Source: Phoronis australis (taxonomy: Eukaryota > Animalia > Phoronida). Taken from it: a DNA stretch of 64,000 nt. This document shows, one piece after another, positions 25,701 through 37,700 of the stretch; the first letter of the stretch is position 1, and every line of letters begins with the position of its first letter. Below the pieces are notes generated by a model that was given only the letters and a program-made list of their open reading frames with translations, was not told where the DNA came from and ran no database searches. The translations under genes were made by a program, and so were the position numbers. The DNA lies in contig NMRA01000087.1 of assembly GCA_002633005.1 (NCBI GenBank), positions 501,393 to 565,392 on the forward strand. The letters are read 5' to 3'.

Positions 25701-28700
25701 AAAGAGGTGCGCACATTTTGAATTACGTGCGAAGGCTTACAGAGAAGGGGTTTTTACGAGCTCGTCCGAAAACAGCACATTGCAAATTTGCGTATGGAAA
25801 TGCGTCACTGATGATTTCTGTCAGACTTTCAGTTATAGAGTTGCTGGTGGTGTGTGCCTCAAACACTGCCTTACCCAAGCAAGGCCAGGTCGACTCGTGA
25901 ACAGCACTGATTGGATATATTATGAACCTGCAGCAACGCTGATCTGGTCGAAAACAGGTTGTCCTGATCAATACACAACAACCAGTAAGTAGCGCATTTT
26001 CGTATTTTTCTAAGGTCCCGTCTACACGACCCTGTTTTCATTTAGAAAACGGATTTTTTTTTGTTTTTCAAAAGATTTCAGTCCACAAGTATCGCTTTTA
26101 GCTTACGCGAATGCACTAATTAGACCGAAAACGCCTTTTTGCTTTTAGTTCAAAAACTTTCCTTCTGCACGAATATGCTGACTACGTCTGCGTTTTCGTA
26201 AAGTTGCATTCTCGCTGTTCCTTCGAGTACACCGGAAATGGAGTTTTCATATATTTTCGCCTGTCCACACGAGTACAGTGAAAACGGAGTTTTGAAAAAA
26301 TACTGTGGAGTGAGCGTGCGTCTCTTACGGTTCCACCGTCTAAAAGTTACTCTGATCGCAGCGTCAACTATGGCATGTCGGCGTAAGAGACGAGTTAAGA
26401 TGTGTATATGTTTTCCTAATTACGATGGCTAAGCTGCTACATGATTTATTCAGTTGTTCTAAACAAATTTTTGGTATTGTGCACAGTTTAGGTAAGGCAA
26501 TTGGCAAAAAATCAAATCAAATAATGCTCTCAAAATCGAATTGTAAGTCAGACATTTACCCTTGGTTTCCTGAAATATTTCCAACATATTCGTGATATTC
26601 TCAAGAAACACTCGCGTGATTTTACGAGGTGCTCTGAGGTTTTTGTTTTCTTGTAAGAAATGTAGTTTACGGAAAGCTATTCCGGTTAAAGTATTCGGTG
26701 TCTCCCTGGGCTGTGTCCGGTCTACATGAATTTGAATATGGCACCTTGGTAATTTAGTGAATGAAGTGTCCGTATATTGTCATTCAAATACGTACAGGTA
26801 GGACACTGGGGTCGGCGCTCTCTCTCTCTCTACAGCAACAGCAGGCCGTCTATCGGATAAAAGTATAGTCAAAATCTGCCCATTTACTATCACAAATTTG
26901 TTCTCTTATAGCAAAGCACTTTATTTTCGTTACCAGAGAGAAAAGTCCCGAGCATTTGTAAGGTCAGAAAACAAACCTCTTTCGAAACTACTCGGCTACT
27001 GATGTTAAGCCAAAAACGTAGTTGGTTCGGGTCTATATTTGTTGAAAATCGAATCGGTACTGTAGTATTTTTTGTTTCTCATTTTTCAAAACCAAAAATC
27101 CATCGGAGACGAGCATACATACTCATCGCATGGAAAACCATGACGTTTCAAACATTGTTTTCGTATCTTGGCTGACATTGGTGCAGGGGTCTTTTCATAA
27201 TTGGTGAGCGCAGGTATTAAAATGAATCGAATTAGAGGCCAAAACCAACTATGTTTTTATTTTTCGTTATCATGACAAGGAAATTTTTGGTTCAGTTTGA
27301 CAGGCTTATCAGCACATTTCTTTATTTCACGTACGCATGGTAAAGGAAAGATAGGCGATTGGGAATAACAGTAAAATATGAACATTGTCACCAGAACAGT
27401 GTAGGTATTGCACATTTATATCGTCATCGTCTTTTGGTATTGTAGTTATTAGTTATTATCTCTACAGGATATTAAATTGGCACGTTTAATACTAGGCTTT
27501 TCAGGGCAAACCTCGAGCGTCGAAAATCTGTTTAGTGCATACACACGACCAATGACAAGCAAGTCACCCACTATAAGCCCTCAAGGATCAGGAAAAGAGT
27601 CTACTACGAACGTGCAAGACGTGACAAGTGTCTCCACTGCACACACTCAAGATGAGACCAGAGGTCCATTTCCGGCAGACTTCTTCATGTTTCTTTTTGT
27701 TGATCCTAAAACTTTGTATTACTTTGACGACAGAAAATTCAAGAATTACAGAATTGCTGCAATATTTCTCGCCTTCGACCAGACGGCAACGAAGATAAAC
27801 GGGTAGGCTGAGCACCATGATTTACCTTTGCATAGGTTTCTTATACTACAAACAGGACGTCTGTTGAATAATATAGTACATTATTGGTCCTGAAAAGTGG
27901 GCTAAATTTAAGGATATGCTTCCATATAGCATGCATTTATTAGTTTTGTATTTTTACATCATGGTTCTGCATTCCCTTCTATTGAGCAAATGAGAATGAC
28001 CTGCAAAGACTGCGTTCATATTAAGTGAGGACATGTTGGGCCGATGACGTCACTTTCTATTGTCCCATAAACAGTACATAGCTGTCAAGGGAACACTAAT
28101 TAATAACGAACAATGTCTCTATAACGTAGCCATGGACATAACATCAAAAATGTTTGCTTTCTCTTTCAAAGATAGTCGTTTATTAAAGTCGTAATGTGTT
28201 GCACCTGTACGTTGATTTTTTCCCGGTTCATGCATTAAGGCAACATAATATTTTTAGGTGATTTTCCAATCTGACGTGTCACAACATAATCCCGCGTGAT
28301 CTCTGGGCTCAGAAAGAATTTGAGTGTTTATAATTTCACACTTGGTATTTGAAAACGAGAATAATGTCGTTTTGGAAGTGTAAATAAAATATGCCTGGGA
28401 ACTACTTTGGAACCGAGAACAGGGTTACAGGGTTAATAGCCGTTTGAAAATAGATGGGAAACTGTTCGTGCAGTAGCAGTAATTGAAAATAGATGGGAAA
28501 CTGTTCGTGCAGTAACAGTAATCCATACGATTTCATTACACGTAAGCCGTCTCAAATATGAATCACTCAAAATCTCGAGTTATAAACGCTTCTTCAAAAA
28601 TTGTTTTCTTTTTTCAGAATCAGACTAAATTACGATAATCAAGTTTACAAAGGATGGTATGGTTTCAGTGGTCAAAACGGCACCGAGATTAAGCTGCAAC

Positions 28701-31700
28701 GGGACGAATATATCCATCAGGTTTCTTTGGTATTTGACTCAGGCAATTTAGTCGGACTGTCGTTAGCAACTAATCTGGCGAACTTCGGACCATATGGACA
28801 ATTAACATCTAAAGTAGTTTTTGAGCATAAAGACGCCACAAAAAAGGTGTGTTATTTCGCTGGAGCATTCTCAAGTGCTGCTGTGCACCAGTTAACATTG
28901 GGTTTGTGTGAACTGTAATCCAGCCAGGGCTTCAAATGAACTATACTATTCCGTTGTGTTCCGTTCGTGTATTGATATCTCAAATTTATACCCATCCCAT
29001 TGACCTTTTGCGCTAAGATATTTGTAGGATAGTTAGACTGGATTGTGGGACACCGGTCAGTCAAGAACAATGAAACCAACCAATAAAATCAGAGAACATG
29101 CAACGACTCTGCAGGCAACAAATGACGAGGAACATCAACATCCCGCAATGCTACAGCATCAAAAAAAAACATTATGTTGTGATTTATATGCCGTAGTGAC
29201 ATGTTTAATAAGATGTGCATACGAATGATGCCTTATACAATAATGAATGCAATTTTATAAAGTTCTCCGTAATTTGTGTGCTCACAAATTGTCCGGATAG
29301 TTTGCATTGTGGCTGATAATTCCTAACGCACTTTACGCATCACTTAGCATTTGGCCTCATTGGCTGCATGTGTAATTCGCAACAAAATTTGTGCTGAGTT
29401 AACAGTTTACTTGAGGCAGTCAGCTGAGGTCGTAACTCAGTCTCCGTTGATCCTATGGATGCTATAACACCGTTGTATAAGACTTGATCACGACAAGCAC
29501 AGTTATAGCCGTATCACACTACTCGGCGTCGCAGCCAAACGTTTTGTTTTTGTAAGTATTGCTCTTGCAGATAAATTAAAATGGAGAAATAACGGATTTT
29601 GATTGTCGTGGGGAGTGACGCAATGATGCAAAATTTTATTCTTGATGCATTTAAATGATCTTGAACGATAGTTGAAGAACACGAATGAATATTATTTGGC
29701 GTGCCATAGGGTACCTTGAGGTTGTACTGTTTCTTTTATGGGGATGACTTTCAGTGGTGTTTTTTTAAACAGTCACGAAACTTGCAACGGCTTTTATTGA
29801 GAAAACTGAGGTAAAAATGGAATCTTTTGTATATGCCTAAAACAAAAATTTTGATATTCAGAAATGTTGGGTATTTATTCATTAGGCCACTTGCAGGTTT
29901 CCAAACTTAGCATAAAAATGGGACAAAATTGCCATCTTGTTACAAAGCATCGCTTACAAACAACAGCTTTGTGCAAGGAAAACCGGCAACACCATGTGCG
30001 CTATCCGCAGACGCGAGAACCTCTCCAGATCGTCTTCTATAACAACCGAAGAACGTGATCTAAGAAGCTTCGCTTGCGTGATTCTTGCGACATCTTGACT
30101 GAGTACCGTAGACGCAAGAATCTTGCGACTAAATAGAGTGTGATCACGTGCTTTGCTTCAAAGCATGACGATATCTTGCAAAGACTTGCCAGTATGGTTC
30201 ACACTGAGTATTCACACTGGTCCAATTGTTGAGACCTATGTAATAAGTTTTATTTTGTTAAGTCTCGGGCGAGGTGGCCCAAATTCAGCAGCCAGTGTTG
30301 TATGATAACTTTTGGGAAAGTTTTATGTTTGTCCTGTAACATTTGGAACCTATTAAGCTTCATTAAACAAGTATTTAATGTACATAATTCTGAATCAAAT
30401 TAATTTTTAATCATATTATTTTGCAACATTAATTACACATTTGTACTTGCAATAGCGTATGTGATCCGGAGGCCTGAAAACAAACAGACACCAAAACAGA
30501 AGTAATTCAACCTGACGTCATTACCTATTTTTTCTCTAGCCCCTTTATTGTCTTCGTGACATGAAAAGAAAGTGTTGATGTCGCCTAACATACTATCAGT
30601 ATTTTTTCTCACTAGACTATGTGTACCAGCCATAGGTTTTAGGTCTGTTAGCATCTCACATTCCAAAGCAAAGTCAAAAGCATAACCACATGAAAACTGA
30701 CAAATATACATGTAGTACCTAGTGGCCAAANCCACGACTCCTTCGAACCCCTCCACCCACGGTCCACAACCCTCTCGACCCAGTCTACACAAGCTCTAGT
30801 CGTACTGAAGATAGAATAAGCGCTGACATATAGGACAAACGAGTCTGGCCGTGAGCTCGACAAGATTTTCCGTTTTTATTTTTGCAATTAAGAGAGTCAA
30901 TTGGGCAAGTTTGAAAGCCAAAACAATAAAAAATAACGTCACCAAATCAAACCAAAGACCTACCAATGCTAAAAAAGTCGTTCTCGAGTAATCGTCCCGT
31001 CTGCTTTTCAGTGAATGGCAGATTCAAGCTTTTTTGGGAGAGTGCGAGGAACCGAGGAATATGTAATTTCTTCATAAATACAGTTTGAAAAAACAACTGA
31101 TAACTAAAAAGTATCTCAACGTTACATGGAGTGTATTATTAATGAGTATACAACAGAAAGCAAATAATAAAAATGTGAAATTATGTGCATTCACGTTAAC
31201 GTACTCTCTCCCTATATTTAGTAGAACAGAGCCATCGGTAGCGGCTTGTAGAAATATTTACGTAACAACAATAGCACGCTCACAACCGCTATTTCAGATC
31301 ATGTTCATACGACAGTTTCTGTTTTTAATCACTTTAGCCAGAGTAGATTCGCGTGTAAGTAATTCTTAAGGGAAAGTCACTCAGCGACGTAATGTGTAAG
31401 AAGTATTAAAGATACATCTTTTGTCACATATCGTGGGTCGAGGAGGTCGTGGGTCGTGGGGGTTGTGGGTCGAGGAAATCGTGGATTGGGGAGTCGTGGG
31501 GTGTTGGGATCGAGGAGGTTTTAGAACAATTCCGAAACAGTAGCTTACATGCCAAAAGTATGCAGACGAAATGACGCCATGACAGCTGGGCAGAAGCCAA
31601 ATTCATTGCCATAATGGTTTTTCCTCGTGACCCAGGATGATGAGGGATTGAAAAGTAAAGTTATTAAGTTGGACATGCCATTGTTTTGTCGGCATAATAG

Positions 31701-34700
31701 TTATTTCAAGTCACTCTTGCCGTTAACCAGAATAGTCGCCATGGCGCTGAAATGGAATTTTGTCTGATTACGTTTCTGGTGTACTTAAGTAAAAAGTGTC
31801 ATTAGATATTGGGAAGTGATTTCGACAAACTGACGGGATCGGAAACTAGAAAATGAGGACGGCACCTTGAATCCAAAGTTCTACCGGTTCGGACATGTTG
31901 TTCATAGGAATAGGGTTTCCATCTGGGTCTGTGTATTCTAGCGTCAGCACGCCTGAGTCCACCGCTTTTCCACTCGTATCCCACGTGTATGGATTCGTCT
32001 TTTGTGAGAAAAACTGAAACGTTAAATAGTGACTTTCAAAGAGATTGGGAAACCCACATCTGGGATGTAATTAAGTAGGCATTGCTTTGCAGAATTAAAA
32101 CTCATGCAGGGCCTATTATAATAGCACAGTAATGTATGGTACTGCTATGTTTATATCTGTCATTAGCGTTAACATGTTATGTGTAATTAGGCTTGATAGA
32201 AGCTTGTTTGTACCTGTAAGAGATGTGCTGTTAAAGCAAAATCATTTTTAGAGTCAGTGTCAACATAATGTTGGTTAATGAGTATTTTCTTTTGTTCACT
32301 GTAAGATTCATGCTGACAGTGAAAATATACATACCACAAGAAGAACACGTTCGCAAGTAACATGATTGATTTTATTCTGCCTGGGTTACCATCCTTCTTT
32401 ATGGTAAATTTAACTTTGGATTTAAATCACTGGGCGTTATAAAATATTTTTAAATCTTTATTTGGATTAGAATAATATCTGGGCTTGGGTAGAAAAGACT
32501 ATGTGTTACTGCTAAAGACCAGGGTTAATGTGTTGACTTGCTGTTCATTTTACCAACTAGCTTTCCGTCTAGCGTACTCAGGGTTCAGTCTTGCAATCGT
32601 CCACTTTGCTAATCATTGCTTTCGGGGCGGCGTAACATGAAGAACGCTGCAAAGCCAACTTAATCTTCCAGTTCCAGGGGTGTTTCTCAATGAGCATATT
32701 GTTTTTGGCTAAAATTCACTCTACAGATAACTAAACTCGTTTCTCGAAATCAGGCTAGAAAGTCAGAAATTCTGTCTACAACTCGACACCGCGGCTCAGG
32801 AGCAGACTGAAAGCCAAAATCTCTAGACAAAAATTTCCAACCCAGGTAACAAGCAATAACTTCTTCCGACAAACGTCGTTAGGTTACTCTAGCTTCCATA
32901 GTTAACGTTGCTTAATCCCCTAAGCGATAGATCAATATACACTAGATTCACATCCTCGGGTTGTGATTGGTTCTTGATGACAACTTTTGGCCTCAGTTTA
33001 TGTATTATGGCAGGTGATCATGCTTCGGTTTACGATGTCGGGGATCAAAAAATAAGCAAAACAGAATTTTACAGATTGAAAACAAGCTTTATAATTCACC
33101 TTAAGGCGAATATGTATTTCTCCATACAAAATACAGAACTTCCCGTGTGACAGTGTATAATAATTACAATATTTGCTGGCAGGCATCTCTGAGATGGACA
33201 CAAAAACGCAATGTTGACAAACATCGAAAGAAGGGGTTGAAATATTCAGTGCACTTGGGCAGGCCAAGGGGGTACCATGTCCGCAATACCCGGCGTCAGT
33301 TACTTGTCTCATGGCACCTAAGTATTTAAGCTGTCATTCGAGTGATATGTTGGCATGGCCATGGATCGCACGGGTTGCTTTCAAGTGGTGGTCCTCGTGG
33401 GCAGTAACCCATTGCGCCAAACAAATTGCAGCATGGTACCCCCCAAAAAGGAGCCACATCTCGTCCCTTAAGGAAGTATTCAAATATTTGGCTGCCGGGG
33501 ACAATCCATTAAGCAAAAGAAGTTGCGGCTTTGTGTCTCGCACGAAATAGGGGCTCGTATCGTCGCCAAAGGGGCCCCTCAAAAGCCGGGGAAGGCAAAT
33601 GGATAAAAGACCGAGGCGACCTGAGAGAGGGGCCCCGTCTCGTCGTTACGTAGTCCTCTCGTATGGTGTGGCGATAGGAGAGAGCAGTTCAAAAATTGTG
33701 GCGAAGCGGGGAACTGCCATTAGCAGGGTGCTTAGATTTCTATAGTGTTTGAGGCCCCGAGAAATATTAACAATATTTTGAGAGTAACGAAATAATCCTT
33801 GTTGGAGAAATCTGCTACCCTAAAGGACATTTTGATCCCCATTTGGTAACACGCTGGATTGTAATGACATGTCTGCTTGCTACCGCCAATGAAGACGCCG
33901 AGTATTGTCTCAAGCACTGCCAAACTGTTAGTTTTTGTATTTCTCGGAAAGTATTGCTTGTCTGTTTAAGGAATCAACTGAGGCTAACTCTGTATCGGAA
34001 AGCGATTTTAATAAAACAATTTGTCGGCCAAGGGATGGTTTGTATCCTTATTAATGTTTTTACTCCGACGGTGGCGGAAGGATTCTGCATTGAGGCTTTT
34101 GTCAAAAACCATTTCTTTAAGTTTCGACTTAAGACCTACTTTGGTGCTGACGGACTTGTTTCCGGTGGAACTGGACAAAGCGCTATTTGGCATCTGGAAG
34201 CTTCCAGCATCAGAATTCATTTGCTGCTTTTCTGAAATAAAACAATTCCAGCTGGGTTTTAAAGTAGCAGATATGAAAACCCAGTTATTCAATACATGCA
34301 CGTCACTTGTCAGCCATACTTAATGAAATGACACGTCGTTGAGTTATTTCGCTGAAAAGTTACGTTCTGAGATTGCCGGGATAGGCCTAAAAAGTACTCT
34401 GGGGTTCTAAGGGAAGCCAACTGGCCTCTGACACTAATCTCCTCACACGCGTGTTCTCGGGAACAGCGAGTATTTTAGCACACGTTTCTGTAACACACGC
34501 CATAATTCCTTCCTAACGAGTGCATTCATTTTCTAACAAAGCATAAAACATATTTTAGAATCAGCGTTGATTTCTAACGAACAACAACCCCTGTCCGAAG
34601 TGTTTGACCGACGTCGCAACAGTACCATAGTCAGTTTCTTATTAGCCATAGAATAGAAAAATGAGAATTGTGCCTAGAAATTTTCGGTGATTGATGATTG

Positions 34701-37700
34701 GCTGCCCTCTTCATCACTAGTGGTTACCACAAGGTGGAGCTCTTGAAAATAGTACGTTAGAGTCTATGTTCATACAATTAGGCTTCTGTTGGATGTAAAT
34801 AGACTCCAACTTTTTGCGTTTGTAGTCGTCGGCGTATTCGACTAGTGTTTTGCTAGTCTATCACATGGTTTTCTTTCAGTTCGTATTATTTTCAAGAGCT
34901 CCATCTAATGGTAATCCTACTGATGAAGATGGCAGCCAGTCAATAGCAATCGGAAATTTCTAGAGGTAATTATCTTTTCTCATTTGGATAACTAGTAAGA
35001 AGCTGACTATAAAAAGTACATAACATCATGATGAAGTTATTTATCAAACCAAAGACAGTGTTTGCATTGGACAGGAAGCTGAAAACTATAATCCACGCCA
35101 CCGGTATGCCGTTTTGAGACCTTCCACTGACATATTTCTTCAAAAACTCCGATTCCCTTCCACATGCGACATCCTAGATCGGTTTTTAATAGAAATTTCA
35201 CTTTTTTGCACAACTAACCTGTTGCATTGGTTTTTAACTTCTGCAACTTGACAGTCAAGGAAGGCGACGACAGCTCTAAACTGGAATTGTCTTCTTGCTT
35301 TCCAGCTAAAACATCACTGACGCTACTGGCCGCGCCCATCGCATTATTTGTAACAAGCCTGTCCTGTAGAGAAACATTTTTGAGAACCAATGGTTTATGG
35401 AAGTAAACAAGACGGCGCAAAGTTATCCTGCATGCTGTGCTTGACGCTTCTTCGAGGGAGGAAGGCAAATTGACTTCGGGCTTTTAGCTTGCCTAATGCA
35501 GAGAAGAATGATTAACGTGGAGCCGTTTAAAATGTAAACTAACGCAAGCGATTAAAATTTTAAATTTAACATTTATACATGATAGAAAGCAGTGTACATT
35601 TCACAATTCCGTAGAATTCCTGAACAGCAACTTAGACGAAAGTTTAATGTTTTCTTTCATTTTCGTTTTCGAAAACACTCTTTGTAACATAAGCTTAGTG
35701 TCCTCGAAGTTGCCTATAAATGTGGTGCTTTCTTACATTTTCTCTTTGCTTTTTGAGTTCTTTCGCACGCAGCTTTTTTCTCGCCTTCAACGCCACCTCT
35801 CGGTCACAGGGATGCCAGTAAGTTATCATGTCGTCCAGTTCTGCGTCAGTGAAGTACTCGTACCTACGCAGAAATTTCCAAATACTTTTTCAACAGTCTA
35901 GGCTGTTGCGATCTGGCTGCTAACCGCTGAACGATCAAATCAGCTTTCGTGCCTAAATTTGACACCCACCTTGATATAGTTATAATTTCGACGACGACGA
36001 TAATGATGGTCATGAGCAATATCCAAAAGACGCCTCGTTTTCACTATTTAACTTTTTGATGACCGTCTGGTCAAGAACTGACGTTATTGATGAAAATATT
36101 CACAAACTTTTGAAATGTTTCGAAATGACACCGAAATAGCTACGTAAGGACCAAAAATAATGAAATGCTTCGAAACGACCCCGAAATTGCTACGTAACGA
36201 CAAAAATTCAGGTGTTCTGTCAACAAATTTGTAAAAAACATTGCGCTCTGCGCCTCCGGTCATCATCAATTTCTCTCGTCATCACATTGCGACTAGAAAC
36301 CCTCCTGGGCTGGGTTGCATAAAACTTCAAAATTACCCGTTGGATAAGTTTGATTTGTTATATGACGTCAGGCGAATTGGTAAACAACAACAACGTGACC
36401 GTGATAATGCGACGTCATTGTTGCTATACGGCGTATAACTTTTATGCAACTGGGCCCTGATTGACTCTGATACACGGGCAAACAAACTAGTTTGCTTATA
36501 ATTAACAAGATCAGAGAGAAGGTCTCTCAAAAGATGGGCTTTGTTTTTGCATGTTTATTGAATGAACTCACTGTTGATTCGTCTCATGGAACGCTCTTGG
36601 TAACGTGCACATTTTTGGCCTACTCGAAACACCAAAAAGGTGCAAATTCTTATTTTTAATGAAGGCAGGACGTAGACTCTACAGTCATGCATCAGTTATG
36701 TTGGGCTGTGTTCTGTCGACGTAAGAATCTCGCAAAGGGAGTAAGGGTAATTACGTTCTTCGCTTGTAATACAAGGCGATATCTCGCGAAATCTTGCGTG
36801 ATTTTGTGTTTTCGCGAGGTTTTCACATCGAAGGAACGCACGCCAGTTCTTACAGTTCTGGGTTAACACTTTTGTCTTGCTCGATTTCGTCTGGTTTTCT
36901 GTCCTGACCTTCTCCTTGGAACATAGGAGCTGACGGGGGCTGCTCAACGCTTCTCCTTCGCCGGCGAGCTGAGTTCAGTTGCTGCGGTGGATCGACGTCA
37001 CTTGGTAACAGGTTGCTAATGGCGTTTATCATAGCTAAGTAAATATAATGCAAAAAAGTGTTAAGGAAATTAATTTTTTTGTCAATTTAAATAATTGTTA
37101 TCTTTACATTACTAGCTTGTAAACAAAATCCACCTTTAGATGCAAGTTCGTGTTTCTTCTTTGCAGAAACAGCACATGCAGCTCAGTAGAAGGTTTTGGA
37201 AACATCTTTTGGGAATATAAACAATTTACATTAATTTTGTCCTGTTGAAAAGTTCGGGCGTAAAATACAAGACACCTTCAAAGCAAAACAAATTCTCGCC
37301 TTTTCAAATATCGCTATCTCTGAAGTTTCATTTGTCTTAGCTTGCACTCGCAGGACGCCGAGGTCGTCAATGCGCTTTTCTTTTTAAGCTCAAATTGCAT
37401 TTCTGACTTGCATGCCACAAACAAACAGCAGAAAACAGATGGTATGTATTGAGCGTGTGCTAAAACAAAAATGATTCCCATAACCTTTCATGGATAGTAA
37501 AAACTGATGCCTGCGCAATGCAAAGCGTTGGTTTGTTGGATATGAGTCAATCAATCCAAAAGAGTCACGTAAGTGCCCGTCTGCTGACAGTTCATGTTGA
37601 ACAGAAGATGCCAAGTTTTCCTCGAATCTATGATAAATTCAACTTCTTGTTGCATGAAATGTAACTTTGAAGTGATCCCTTCATTTCCTATGTCTGCGTT

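Noticed and set aside
30433-30792. 119-aa minus ORF inside the big intron as possible PKD1 exon
   Set aside because: Crosses a repeat tract and an N, no polycystin motifs, and exons 12-13 already join in phase.
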